Below are positions 18,515 through 28,761 of a stretch of DNA of 56,450 bases, one piece after another. The stretch is taken from the NCBI GenBank assembly GCA_039683575.1, contig JBDKRC010000223.1:1-56450 (forward strand), in the 5' to 3' direction. The position numbers were made by a program, and so were the translations under genes. Under the pieces are notes generated by a model. That model searched no databases. It saw nothing but the letters and a program-made list of their open reading frames with translations, and was not told the DNA's origin. This stretch comes from Armatimonadia bacterium (GTDB taxonomy: Bacteria > Armatimonadota > Zipacnadia > Zipacnadales > UBA11051). Each line of letters opens with the position of its first letter. The first letter of the stretch is position 1.

Positions 18515-19237
18515 TCAGACCCTGGTTACCAGCAGGTCCCGCGTCACGATCACAGCGTAAAGCTCTGCTGCAATCAGTTCCTGACCCGCTGCTGTGGGGT
18601 GCACTCCATCCCGCGAACTGATGTATCTGCTCAGAACCGACAAATCTCGATAGTCAAATGTTTCCCCGCGGAACTCAGCTTTAACCGCTTCTTGAACAAA
18701 AGCCGCGTAAATATCGCAAAGAGGAGCTTCAAGCTCGCGTGCGACCTGCCGTATGATCTCGGCGTAGATGGCGTTCAGGCCGTTGCAGTCGCCCCACTGC
18801 TTGTAGTAGTCGGTGCCCTGCGAGTAGACGTGATAGGCGCCGATGATAGGAGTTGGCGTCATGAAGATGACCGCCGCACCACGCTCTGCTATCAGCCGGT
18901 GCATCTCACGCAGGTTTTCGGCGAACTGCTCCTCCGAGAGGCGCTTGGCAGGCTCATAGCGGATGTCATTGAGACCGAACTCGATGAGCACGAGGTCAGG
19001 GCTGTGATCCAGCACATCCCGCTGGATCCGCGCCAGGCCCTCAGCGGTGTTCTCTCCGCCCACTCCGGCATTACTGGCGCAAAACTGCACCTGCGGGCCG
19101 TAGAGGGCATTCAGGCGACGCTCCAGGATTGCGGCGAACGTATCAGCCGGCGCCACATGCGGCACGCCCTGAGTCACCGAATCCCCAAAACACACAATAC
19201 GCTTGTTCTTGTAGATGCTACAGGTCCGTGCAGTCAT
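18515..19237 (-). CDS. SGNH/GDSL hydrolase
   Basis: FGDSVT, GVGG, EFGLND and DGVHP blocks intact. Confidence 0.92.
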   Translation of the reverse strand: MTARTCSIYKNKRIVCFGDSVTQGVPHVAPADTFAAILERRLNALYGPQVQFCASNAGVGGENTAEGLARIQRDVLDHSPDLVLIEFGLNDIRYEPAKRLSEEQFAENLREMHRLIAERGAAVIFMTPTPIIGAYHVYSQGTDYYKQWGDCNGLNAIYAEIIRQVARELEAPLCDIYAAFVQEAVKAEFRGETFDYRDLSVLSRYISSRDGVHPTAAGQELIAAELYAVIVTRDLLVTRV

Positions 19238-19260
19238 GGTACTCTCCCCATGTTCATCCT

Positions 19261-19288
19261 ATTCGCCATGAAGGCACAACAGTCCTGC
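19261..19288 (-). promoter_or_regulatory. sigmaH-like promoter
   Basis: GCAGGA-N18-GAAT on the minus strand upstream of the SGNH gene; similar motifs precede several other genes. Confidence 0.55.
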
Positions 19289-19414
19289 ACACCGACAAGC
19301 TGTAGTTGTTCAAGCTGGTTGGAGTATGACGGGAATGAAGGAGAACATGTTCCATAATACTTCACATCATGTCCATATGGCCGCCGCAAGCGCCCCCTAT
19401 GATCCCCGATGGCA

Positions 19415-20260
19415 TCACTGCCGCGCCTTCCACCGCAAGATGCCCTGCACGCACTCGTCTGGAATGTCCAGAGCGCCGACTTCGATGGGGTAGCTCCCCG
19501 TGGGCCCGTGCGAGTCAGTGCCGCCTGTGACCAACACGTTGAGCTTTTGAGCCATTCTCAGGTAACGCTTGGTGTCGGCAGGGGTGTGGGCCGTGTGATA
19601 GGCTTCGAGGCCGCCAATGCCTTGCAGGACGAGTTGCGGGATGACGCCGTCTTCCTTTGCCAGGGCGGGATGTGACAGCACTGGCAGGCCGCTGGCGGTG
19701 CGAATCATCCGAATCGCTTCTACGGGCTCAAGGCGGTAGCGGTCCACATAGGCAGGCCTGCCGCGCCGGAGGTAGAGATCGAAAGCGGCTACCGGGTTTC
19801 GCACGATCCCCAGGCGAACCAGAGTATTGGCCACATGGGGACGCCCCAGTGCTGCCTCCTCAGGCTTCCCCTCAGTCCTCTCGCCATGCCAGGTTTCCAT
19901 GACGTCGTCGAACGTCACTTGCAGGCCCGCCGCCTGCAGGCGCGCTACGGTCGTGTGAATGCGCTGTACCCGCTGCTGCCGGATATGCTCGAGCATTTGC
20001 AGGAGCGGCTCGTTAGTGAGGTCTATGAGGTAGCCGATAATGTGGATTTCGGAGTGACCGATGTGGGTGCTGATCTCGACGGCGGGAAGGTAGGTGATCC
20101 GCCCGGCAGCGGCCGCAATGGCGGCAGCCTGCCCGCCCACGGTGTCATGGTCGGCAATGCTTACCGCCGTCAGCCCCTTGCTGACGGCGGTTTCGATGAT
20201 CTCTTCTGGCGTCTGCGAGCCATCCGAGGCCGTGGAATGTATGTGCAGATCTATGGACAT
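19415..20260 (-). CDS. PHP-domain phosphoesterase (TrpH/YciV-like)
   Basis: DLHIHSTASDG, ADHD, AVEIS, GRPHVA, SHP, GGTDSHG. Confidence 0.92.
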   Translation of the reverse strand: MSIDLHIHSTASDGSQTPEEIIETAVSKGLTAVSIADHDTVGGQAAAIAAAAGRITYLPAVEISTHIGHSEIHIIGYLIDLTNEPLLQMLEHIRQQRVQRIHTTVARLQAAGLQVTFDDVMETWHGERTEGKPEEAALGRPHVANTLVRLGIVRNPVAAFDLYLRRGRPAYVDRYRLEPVEAIRMIRTASGLPVLSHPALAKEDGVIPQLVLQGIGGLEAYHTAHTPADTKRYLRMAQKLNVLVTGGTDSHGPTGSYPIEVGALDIPDECVQGILRWKARQ

Positions 20261-21945
20261 TACTTGAGCCGGTATGCTTTGACATCATCAAACCACGCCA
20301 CATCCTGATCGCTGGCCTGTCCGCCAACGCCAAGCAGGATGATGAGCCGTCCGACACCCTCGGGCACCTCGGCCACGCCTGTTAGCTCCTGCCAGTCACT
20401 GGCTTTGCCGGAGCCGTAGACCAGCTTGTCGAGTTGGTCATGGATCCACTTGCCCTCCGGCGTCTGCCAGCGGATGCGGATGGAGGCACTGCCCTGTCCC
20501 TGCAGCTTGTACCTGGCCTGCACCGCGTAGACCTGACCGGGCTCCACGGGCATGATGGTCTGGATGAAGCAGCCACCCGCGACACCGCTGGCCCGGGCTG
20601 AGCCGCCGCCGGTCTCGCGATCCCAGGTGAAGGTGCCCTTGGTGGGGTCTTCCAGCCAGGTGTTCCAGCCGGCGGGAGCGCCGCCGGTCTTCCAGTCGAG
20701 CATCACATCGGGCGTCGGTCCTACGGCCTTGTCGGAGGAGAAGTCACCGTTGCGGGTAAGGTTCGTTGCGGTGCCGGCCGCGACCATCTCGGCAAGCTTG
20801 CGCCGGCCGTAGTCCGCCGGGTCAACTGCCATGCGCAGGGCATCGGTTGCACCGGGCAGGGTCTCGTCCCACATCGTCTTAAGGCTGGGATGGGGGTAGG
20901 TCCACCACTTCGACTTCTCGCCATAGACCCACACATACTCATCAGCGGCCCACAGGGCATCGGCGACGTTCTGGCGCAGGCGATCCACGCGGGCGCCACC
21001 CTTGCCGTCAATGAACCAGGGGCTGCCGACCGGGTTGGCGTAGGCGTCAACGTAGATGCCGAAGCTGGACTGCACCTGCGCTCGGTACTTGGCACGGTTC
21101 TCGGGAGCCACCAGAGACTGGGCGTCCACCTTCATCTGCACCGCCGCGTGGAGGAATTGCTGGGTGCTGTTGAATAGATAGGCATTCTCACAGCCGTCGA
21201 TGAACTTGACCGTCGGCGGTGTGACGTCTAGCCAGCCGTCAATGAACGACGGATAGAGACCGTAGCCGGAAGATAGCAGCGCGACGGCCGGGTCTGGATT
21301 GCCGGTCGCGATGGCGTTGACGCTGTTCATGAAGTAGGTGTAGAAGGTGATGTCCGGATACTCAGCCGCGACCGCCTGCATGACCTCCTGGCCGCGCTGG
21401 CGGGCTTTCGCGACGTATTCAGCAAAGGTGTGCTGATCCTTCTGGGCTTGCAGGGCGTACTTGAACTGTCCGTAGGGCTTGGTGTACGGCTCGGGATCGA
21501 AGAGGATACCGGTCAGCTTGCCCTGCTTGGCGACACGGGCGGTGATGCGCCAATGTTCCACTACGTTCTTCCAGCCCTCATCATCGAACCAATCCACATT
21601 CCCGGGGTTGGCGCCGATGATCACGAAATTGTCGGTGAAGCGCTTGAAGGGTGTGGCCTGCAGGTCATCTATACAGTTTTGGAACCAGCCAGCCTCCCAC
21701 GGTGTGGAACTGAAAACCCCCCGCAGGGAAGTCTTGGTGCCATCTGCCTTGACGCCCGTGCAACTGACGACGACGCCGTCGAATGGCGTCTGCTCCATGT
21801 CCGCGACGTTCTTGCGGAGCGTGGCGGTGTCGGGCTGATCCCATCCGGTCTCAATCAGCTTCTTGCGGATTGGGGCCGCCTGAGCGGTGAGTGAGCCTAC
21901 GACGCAAACGACCAGGAGCGCAATGACAAGCGGGTACGGTTTCAT
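20260..21945 (-). CDS. secreted protein with a putative TIM-barrel domain and C-terminal CBM4_9-like domain
   Basis: signal peptide (AQA); GILFDPEPY; C-terminal NLTRNGDF...VEPGQVY...WFDDV pattern. Confidence 0.65.
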   Translation of the reverse strand: MKPYPLVIALLVVCVVGSLTAQAAPIRKKLIETGWDQPDTATLRKNVADMEQTPFDGVVVSCTGVKADGTKTSLRGVFSSTPWEAGWFQNCIDDLQATPFKRFTDNFVIIGANPGNVDWFDDEGWKNVVEHWRITARVAKQGKLTGILFDPEPYTKPYGQFKYALQAQKDQHTFAEYVAKARQRGQEVMQAVAAEYPDITFYTYFMNSVNAIATGNPDPAVALLSSGYGLYPSFIDGWLDVTPPTVKFIDGCENAYLFNSTQQFLHAAVQMKVDAQSLVAPENRAKYRAQVQSSFGIYVDAYANPVGSPWFIDGKGGARVDRLRQNVADALWAADEYVWVYGEKSKWWTYPHPSLKTMWDETLPGATDALRMAVDPADYGRRKLAEMVAAGTATNLTRNGDFSSDKAVGPTPDVMLDWKTGGAPAGWNTWLEDPTKGTFTWDRETGGGSARASGVAGGCFIQTIMPVEPGQVYAVQARYKLQGQGSASIRIRWQTPEGKWIHDQLDKLVYGSGKASDWQELTGVAEVPEGVGRLIILLGVGGQASDQDVAWFDDVKAYRLK

Positions 21946-22068
21946 GCCAGGACCTCTCTGAAAGTGGTCCTAGCAGTGTAGCTAGTTCAGTCGCAGAGGG
22001 CAAGGGCGGCAGGTGACTAACCGCGTTTCGCTGAAAGTCCCCGTTCTGATCCCACTCGGAGGCTTCAC

Positions 22069-25000
22069 ATGCGCTGGATCTCTACCCTGATTCTTATTAC
22101 CGTGGCGGTTGCAGGAAATGCGCAGACCGACTTGACTGCCTTCGAGTGGGGCGCGATGCCTACTGCCTCGATCGCGGTCAACCACATGGGCTACAGGCCC
22201 TTCTTCACCACCGACGGGAAGCCGGATACGGGATGGGTGGCGCCGACGGAGGCGCTACCGGGCACGAGTATTGCGGTTTCGCCGATGCCGATCTGGTACC
22301 GGCTCGAGTGGAGATTCCCGGTAGTCGTGAGTGAGATGCAACTGCGGCAGTTTGCACCTGGGGCCTATCCGCTGGTGAAAAGCATTGGGAAGTATGCCCT
22401 GCAGGCCGATCAGGACGGCAAGTGGGTGGATCTGGTCAGCGGCGACGCGAGTGCGGTGGCGCCTGACCAGGCGATTGAACTGAAGCTGCCGCAGGCGGTG
22501 CGGACGACGGCTCTGCGGCTGGTGATCAACAGCGCTGTAGGGCAGATGGTGGGCCTTAGCGAAGTCAAGGTCTTTGGGGACAAGCCAGTTCTGCCGCTAT
22601 CGTATGCTCCGGCGTGGCAGGGGCGGTGGATCTGGGGCGAGCCGTCGCTGGCGCTGGCGCACCGGGAGCCGATCAGGCGGTACCTGCGGCGCAGTTTTGA
22701 GCTGGCGGACCCGGCGCAGGCTAAGGAGGCGTGGCTGGTCGCCAGCTTCTACGACCGGGGCATCATGTACCTGAACGGCGTTGAGATGCTGCGGGATGGC
22801 AGCTACAACGGCGGGATCATGCGGCAAGCGCTCGTGAAGAAGCTACCGTTGGAGCGGTTAGTCAAAGGCGAGAACGTGCTGGCGGCGCAGGTGGAGGACA
22901 TATATGAGGTGGGCAGCCAGGGACTGCTGGCAGAGTTGGTGCTGATCGGGCAGGATGGCAGCCGCACAGTGATCCCGACCGATGACAAGTGGATTGGGCA
23001 AGAGGACTCGGGGCCGGTGCCGGACTGGCGCAAGCCGGGGTACAAAGACGCTCGGTATGTGCCCGCGAGGGTGGGGCCGTCGCCGAATACGCCGTGGCAT
23101 TGGCTGTGGCGGACGCCGTATCCATATGTGGCCCCACAAGAGACAATGCAGGTTAGCGGGCTGAAACTCACGCCACAGCCGCTGCAACCGGGGGCGAAGG
23201 CGTCGGCGGAGATCACGTTTGACGTGCTTGCCAAGCCTAAGGCGGACTATGCGGTGATACTGCGGCTGGGCCAGGACACGCAGGCGCGCGGGCATGACTA
23301 CGAGTTGTGGGGGGCAGTGGCCGACCCGGAGACAGTGAAGACGAGTTCGTGGGAGCCGGGGCGGCATGTGGTGAAGCTCGAAGTGGACGTACCGAAAGAG
23401 GCCCCGTCCCCAACGCCCGCGCAGTTGCTGGTATCGCGGCCAGAGGGGGCGGTGGGGCTGACCAGCACCCTTGAGGGGATGAAGGAGAGCCCCTGGGGGC
23501 TGCAGCTGACGCTGCCGGTGACGAGGACGGTCGCGGCGGGGTACGAGCCCCCGCCCTACAGCAGAGACTTCCCGGACACCAAGATCAGGATGGTGAACGG
23601 CAATCCGGCTCTGACTATTGGCGGGAAGGTGGAGGCGCCGGTACTTTGGGCGGCGTCGTATGGGAACTACCGTCGCTATTCGCAGTATGTTTCAAGCGGC
23701 GTGAAGATGTTTCGAGCCATGATCGAGGGCCACGCAGTACCTGCACCGGGCGAGCAGGAACAGACCGACAAGTGGTGGTTTGGTGAGGTGGACCGCATGG
23801 TCTACGCGGCGCTGGCTGAGGACCCCGAGATCAAGCTGCTCCCCGCCGTCTGGATGGACCCCAACCCGGAGTGGCTCTTTGAAAACAGCTCCGAACAGTT
23901 TGTAAGCGGGCGCGGGCAGGTGCTGATCCCGATCATCTTCTCGCAACCGGACAAGAGCCAGGCGCGGCCGACCTTCATGTCGCAGGCATGGCGCAAGGCA
24001 GGGGCCGAGGGGCTGACCCGGCTGGTCAAGCATATGCGCAGCCAGCCCTACGCACCGCACATCATGGGGCTCATCTTCTTCGCGGGACGGGCGGGGGAGA
24101 ACTACTATGGTGGCAATGAGCTCAACATCTTCATGAATGACAAGGGGCAGTATGATGCGAGGCCCCGCGATCAATGGGACGTGGGGGATTTCTCGACTGC
24201 GGCGCGGCGGACGTTCCGCGACTTTCTGATGCGCAAGTACAAGACCGACGCGGCGCTGCAGGCCGCGTGGCAGAATCCGAGCATCCATTTCGACGATGTC
24301 CTCGAGCCAGCGCGGTTTGTGCGGGACGACGTGGTGAACATCCTGACCTGGGCCAACAAGCCCCCTGGGGCAGGGACGCTGCGGGACCCGCTGGAGCCGG
24401 GCGTGGGGACGCTGCCGATGGACTACTACCAATGCTTCAGCGAGGCGATGATCGACTCGTTCAGCGAGTGGGGCAGGGCGGTCAAGGAGGCTTCGGACAA
24501 CAAGCTGGTGACCGGGTGCTACTACGGGTACACGCTGGCGCAACTCTTCACGGCAGTACCGGGCTTTGGCGGGCACACCGCCGTGGACCGGGCGGCGCGG
24601 ACGCCCTATGTGGATATCTTTGTGAGCCCTGCGGAGTATGACAATGACCGGCGCGCGGGCGGGCACCTGTGGGGGCACAACATCATCGATAGCCTGCGGC
24701 TGCACAACAAGCTGTGGATCTATGAGGCCGACACGCGGACTTACCTCTCGGACATCGTGCCCAAGCAGTACAGCCTGCAAGAGACGCTGGAGGTGCTCAA
24801 ACGCGACGCGGCGGCCTCGATCGTCAGAGGGTCAGGATGGTGGTGGCTTGAGTTTGCGTCCATGCAGCGGGGGGCCGCAGCGCGGGAGTGGTTCGATGAT
24901 CCGGGCATTCTGAAGCTCGCGGGGCAGATCAAGCGGCTGTACGACTTCTCCCTGACGCTGCCCGATCAGGGCCCCTCGGCCGAGATCGCGATCTTCTACC

Positions 25001-25920
25001 ATGGCGAGACCCATACCGGGCAGGATATCTCAACACCCACGCTGGCGCTGAACATCGCCATCGGGCGAATGACGCTCGTGGATAACGTGCAGCGCATCGG
25101 CGCGCCGTATGACCTGTACAACCTGGCGGACCTGCCGGACCTGGCGAAGAGCGGAAAGCTTAGCCAGTACAAGCTGTGCCTGTTCCTGAATCCTTTCTAC
25201 TTGCAGCCCGAGGAAGTGAAGTGGTTGGAACTTGCCAAGGGCGGCGGTCGGACGGTGGTGTGGCTGTACGCGCCAGGGCTCGCGCAGAATGGCAAGCATC
25301 TGGCGGCAGAGAATGTCGAGCAGGTGATTGGCATGAAGGGGCTGAAGTTGCTCGCCGAGCCGACGCTGCCGACGATGCGCTTCACTGAGGCGGCGGGCGC
25401 GGTCACGACGGGGTTGCCTGCGGGGTATGAACTGGCGCCGAGGGCGTTTCTGCCGGGGCAGATGTGGGAGCGCTGGGGAAGCGAACTGAACCCTCTCCCC
25501 TATCTCGACCCGACGGCGGTGGACAAGGACACGCGGATCGTGGGGCAGTGGGTGATTGGCGGACAGGCGCGGGCGGATCGCGGGGCTTTCGCAATCAGGA
25601 AGCTGGCGAACTGGACCTCGGTCTACTCCGCAGTGCCGTACCTGAGCAGTGACGTGATGCGGAACCTCGCCAGGATAGCCGGGGTGCATGTCTACCGCGA
25701 CAGCAACGACATCCTGTATGCAGACAAGCATTTTGTGGTGGTACATACTGGCGAGAAGGCGGCGACGGACGTGATGCGGCTGCCGCGCAAGACGGCGGTG
25801 ACGGAGGCCTTCAGCGGCAAGGTGCTTACGACGGGCGCGACGGAGATCAAGCTGGACGTACCCCCATACACGACGGCGATGTACTATCTCGGGCAGGCAG
25901 CGGACCTGCCGAAGCAATAA
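22069..25920 (+). CDS. large secreted multidomain glycoside hydrolase-like protein (discoidin-like, rhamnosidase-N-like, GH42-like)
   Basis: signal peptide; TDG...W...LSEVKVF discoidin pattern; WIW...RYLRRSF...GENVLAA; GRAGE, WIYEADTRTY; C-terminal class-I-glutamine-amidotransferase-like region (IGAPYD, VVWLYAPG). Confidence 0.7.
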   Translation: MRWISTLILITVAVAGNAQTDLTAFEWGAMPTASIAVNHMGYRPFFTTDGKPDTGWVAPTEALPGTSIAVSPMPIWYRLEWRFPVVVSEMQLRQFAPGAYPLVKSIGKYALQADQDGKWVDLVSGDASAVAPDQAIELKLPQAVRTTALRLVINSAVGQMVGLSEVKVFGDKPVLPLSYAPAWQGRWIWGEPSLALAHREPIRRYLRRSFELADPAQAKEAWLVASFYDRGIMYLNGVEMLRDGSYNGGIMRQALVKKLPLERLVKGENVLAAQVEDIYEVGSQGLLAELVLIGQDGSRTVIPTDDKWIGQEDSGPVPDWRKPGYKDARYVPARVGPSPNTPWHWLWRTPYPYVAPQETMQVSGLKLTPQPLQPGAKASAEITFDVLAKPKADYAVILRLGQDTQARGHDYELWGAVADPETVKTSSWEPGRHVVKLEVDVPKEAPSPTPAQLLVSRPEGAVGLTSTLEGMKESPWGLQLTLPVTRTVAAGYEPPPYSRDFPDTKIRMVNGNPALTIGGKVEAPVLWAASYGNYRRYSQYVSSGVKMFRAMIEGHAVPAPGEQEQTDKWWFGEVDRMVYAALAEDPEIKLLPAVWMDPNPEWLFENSSEQFVSGRGQVLIPIIFSQPDKSQARPTFMSQAWRKAGAEGLTRLVKHMRSQPYAPHIMGLIFFAGRAGENYYGGNELNIFMNDKGQYDARPRDQWDVGDFSTAARRTFRDFLMRKYKTDAALQAAWQNPSIHFDDVLEPARFVRDDVVNILTWANKPPGAGTLRDPLEPGVGTLPMDYYQCFSEAMIDSFSEWGRAVKEASDNKLVTGCYYGYTLAQLFTAVPGFGGHTAVDRAARTPYVDIFVSPAEYDNDRRAGGHLWGHNIIDSLRLHNKLWIYEADTRTYLSDIVPKQYSLQETLEVLKRDAAASIVRGSGWWWLEFASMQRGAAAREWFDDPGILKLAGQIKRLYDFSLTLPDQGPSAEIAIFYHGETHTGQDISTPTLALNIAIGRMTLVDNVQRIGAPYDLYNLADLPDLAKSGKLSQYKLCLFLNPFYLQPEEVKWLELAKGGGRTVVWLYAPGLAQNGKHLAAENVEQVIGMKGLKLLAEPTLPTMRFTEAAGAVTTGLPAGYELAPRAFLPGQMWERWGSELNPLPYLDPTAVDKDTRIVGQWVIGGQARADRGAFAIRKLANWTSVYSAVPYLSSDVMRNLARIAGVHVYRDSNDILYADKHFVVVHTGEKAATDVMRLPRKTAVTEAFSGKVLTTGATEIKLDVPPYTTAMYYLGQAADLPKQ
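23533..23561. repeat. GTAG-type REP inside a coding sequence, in frame
   Basis: gcggcggggtacgagcccccgccctacag is the exact 29-nt reverse complement of 11907-11935; reads AAGYEPPPYS. Confidence 0.85.
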
Positions 25921-25944
25921 GCGCAGACGAACCCGGAGGAAACC

Positions 25945-28761
25945 ATGGCTAAGTGGACTCTGCTGGCGATCATGCTGATGACGTGTGGCTGCTGCTTTGC
26001 GCAGGGCGAAGTGAAGGGCGGCGAGTGGAGCCTGGAGATTGGGAAGGCCTATCCTGGAGCGTTGCGGTACGGTGGCGAGGTGCTGTTCAAGGCAAGCTCA
26101 CTGAGCAGCTTTGTGCCTGATTACTCCCGCACCCGCTTTACCATGGGCGAGGCCAAGGTGGAGGTGGCGGAGGGGAAGGCGATTTGGAGGAAGGCGATGG
26201 AGGGGCAGGAGGCGACGATAACGGCGGAGGTTGCGCCTGAGAAGGTGCGCCTGGGGCTTGATACCACAATCACCGCGGCAGGGCCGACGGAGTGGGCGGT
26301 GGATATCGTGCCGGAGGCGGTACGAGCGACCGAGGGGCATGTATCCGCGCAGGACGATGGCAGGACCAAAGTGCTGGACCTCGTGACCGGCTTTGACGCA
26401 CTGAACGGGGTGCAGGAGTTGCGGTTCGAGCAGCCGACGCGTAGCGTGGTTGTCAGGTGCAGTTCGGCGAGCCTGCAAGACCGTCGGGCGCGCGGCCAGG
26501 GGCTGTTCCTGGTGATGAGCATCGGCTCAGACGGGACCAAGGCGGTCACGGAGCAGCGATTTGTCGAGATTGAGGTCATTCCTGCGAAGCCGGAGGATAT
26601 CCCGGCCCGCAAGGCTTTCCTGGCGCAGAGCGAGGTCGTGCGGCGGGACGTGCCGGTGCCCAACGGAGGGTTCGAGGAGGGCCTGAAGGCTTGGTCCGAC
26701 AACCCGCGAGCCGCGGTGGATAAGGAGATCAAGCATGATGGCACCCAGTCAGCACGAGTGACGATCCCTGTGGACCAGACGGACCGAACCGGAATCTACC
26801 TGACCCAGCAGGTGCCGATCATCGAGGGGCTTAGCTACCAGCTTGAGGGATGGGTAAAGACGCAGGGAGTGAAGGCTGCGCAGCTGGGCGGGATGAGCGC
26901 TACCGGGGCGGACTTCATCATTGAGTTCGCCGACAAGCAGGGCAACTGGATGGCGTCGGGCGACTACGCAGGGGGCACGTTTGGCGACAAGGATTGGAGG
27001 AGGGTCGTCGGCAAATCAGTGCAGGCGCCAATCGGGGCCGGGTACGCCGTCATCTTCCTGTCCATGCGGGCGACGGGCACGGCGTGGTTTGACGACATCA
27101 AGCTGACGGAGAGCAAGCACCATGTGGTGCTGCAGTCGCCCGGTAACGAGCAAAAGGTGGCGGACAACAGCCCCGCCTTCGCCTGGCAGTTCACGTTCCA
27201 CAATCCGGCGACGCTGGAGTTGTCGCAGGACCAGACTTTCCCCGCGCAGGGGACGGTCAAGGTCGAGAAGCTGGAGGGGTCCCCCTACTCGCTGAACCGC
27301 ACGATTGCCCCCGGCAAGTGGTATTGGCGGGTGTCCGTACCGGAGCGCCAGGCGGTGTCGCAGGCGTGGAGTTTCGAACAGACCGCCCCGCTGACGCAGG
27401 ACTGCACGGAGCCGACTATCGAGCGCGACTATGCGTACCTGAAGAGTGCGCGGCAGAAGGCTACTGTGCGATTCGCTGATAATGTGGGAGTGAAGGACGT
27501 CACGGTGCTGCTGGACGGGCAGAACGCGACGAAGCAGGCGGCAATTGGCAAGGACAAGCTGGAGATTGTCCCGGCGGGTGGATGGAAGGTCGGCCTGAAC
27601 AAGCTGAACGTGACGGTGAAGGACGCGGCCGGGAACGCGGCGACGCGCCAGATCTACATCACACACGCGCTGAACCTGCCGCTCAAGGAGTGGCTGCCAA
27701 ACGGTGGAATGCGGATCAATGGCAAGCTGAAGTTCCCGCTGGGGATGTATGGGGTGAGGACCCAGGACCTGCCGGAAATGGCGGCGGCGGGGTATGACTT
27801 CGTGCACAACTACACCTGGGACGGCAATGGTACGAATGAGACGGCTATTGAGTACATGGACGCGTGCCAGAAGCTGGGGATGCAGGCGTTCATCGGGTTT
27901 GACCGGTCGCGTTTGCAGGCGATGGATGAGGAGTTCGTGGCCGAGCGGGTGGGGGCGCTGATGGGACATCCGGGGCTGCTGGCATGGTACCTGTTCGATG
28001 AGCCGGACCTGCCGCACCAGTACGTGTCGCCGGACCAGTTGCGCGCTCTGTACCGCCTGATCAAGACCCTCGATCCTTCGCATCCGGTCATCGTGACGGT
28101 GGCGCAGACTAACCTGATGCCCCTGTACAACGGCAGCTATGACGTGTACTGGAGCATGGACTACCAGACGCCGAAGGCGAATGTGAAGAACTTCGAGGGC
28201 CACCGCGCCGCGCTGGCGCCGGGCGTGCCGATCATGTCCATTGTGCATTCGTATGATGGCAACCAATCCAAGACGAAGCGCGGCGGGGCGCCGCCGGACC
28301 TGGTGAACTACCAGCCGGATGCCAAGATGATGCGGGCTTGCGCTTTCATGGCGATAGCCCACAACAGCAGCGGACTGGCCTGGTGGTGGTGGGGGCAGGG
28401 CAGCGATGCCTTTGTGACGGTGGCGGATGTCCCGGCGGCGTGGGCAGGGCTGAAGGCAACGCTGAAGCAGATCAAGGTGCTGGAACCGGTGCTGACCGCG
28501 CAAGTGACGCCGCGGATGTGGGTGGAGAAGACAGGCGAGGACCGCGAAGTGCACCTGTGGGAGAAGACAGTGGGCGGGCGGACGGTCATCATTGCAGTGA
28601 ACCGCGATCCCGAGGCGTGTGAGGTCGCGATTGCGTCGCCAACGCTGGCGAAGGCAAAGAGCGTACGCGAGATGTTCGAGGGCCGCGACGTGGCGACGAA
28701 GGACGGGAAGATCATCGAGAAGCTGGAGGGGCTGGGCGTCCGGGTCTATGAGGTGAAGTGA
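25945..28761 (+). CDS. secreted protein with CBM4_9-like, Ig-like and GH-like TIM-barrel domains
   Basis: signal peptide; NGGFE...WFDDIKL; FPLGMY, LLAWYLFDEPD (clan GH-A-like acid/base motif). Confidence 0.7.
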   Translation: MAKWTLLAIMLMTCGCCFAQGEVKGGEWSLEIGKAYPGALRYGGEVLFKASSLSSFVPDYSRTRFTMGEAKVEVAEGKAIWRKAMEGQEATITAEVAPEKVRLGLDTTITAAGPTEWAVDIVPEAVRATEGHVSAQDDGRTKVLDLVTGFDALNGVQELRFEQPTRSVVVRCSSASLQDRRARGQGLFLVMSIGSDGTKAVTEQRFVEIEVIPAKPEDIPARKAFLAQSEVVRRDVPVPNGGFEEGLKAWSDNPRAAVDKEIKHDGTQSARVTIPVDQTDRTGIYLTQQVPIIEGLSYQLEGWVKTQGVKAAQLGGMSATGADFIIEFADKQGNWMASGDYAGGTFGDKDWRRVVGKSVQAPIGAGYAVIFLSMRATGTAWFDDIKLTESKHHVVLQSPGNEQKVADNSPAFAWQFTFHNPATLELSQDQTFPAQGTVKVEKLEGSPYSLNRTIAPGKWYWRVSVPERQAVSQAWSFEQTAPLTQDCTEPTIERDYAYLKSARQKATVRFADNVGVKDVTVLLDGQNATKQAAIGKDKLEIVPAGGWKVGLNKLNVTVKDAAGNAATRQIYITHALNLPLKEWLPNGGMRINGKLKFPLGMYGVRTQDLPEMAAAGYDFVHNYTWDGNGTNETAIEYMDACQKLGMQAFIGFDRSRLQAMDEEFVAERVGALMGHPGLLAWYLFDEPDLPHQYVSPDQLRALYRLIKTLDPSHPVIVTVAQTNLMPLYNGSYDVYWSMDYQTPKANVKNFEGHRAALAPGVPIMSIVHSYDGNQSKTKRGGAPPDLVNYQPDAKMMRACAFMAIAHNSSGLAWWWWGQGSDAFVTVADVPAAWAGLKATLKQIKVLEPVLTAQVTPRMWVEKTGEDREVHLWEKTVGGRTVIIAVNRDPEACEVAIASPTLAKAKSVREMFEGRDVATKDGKIIEKLEGLGVRVYEVK

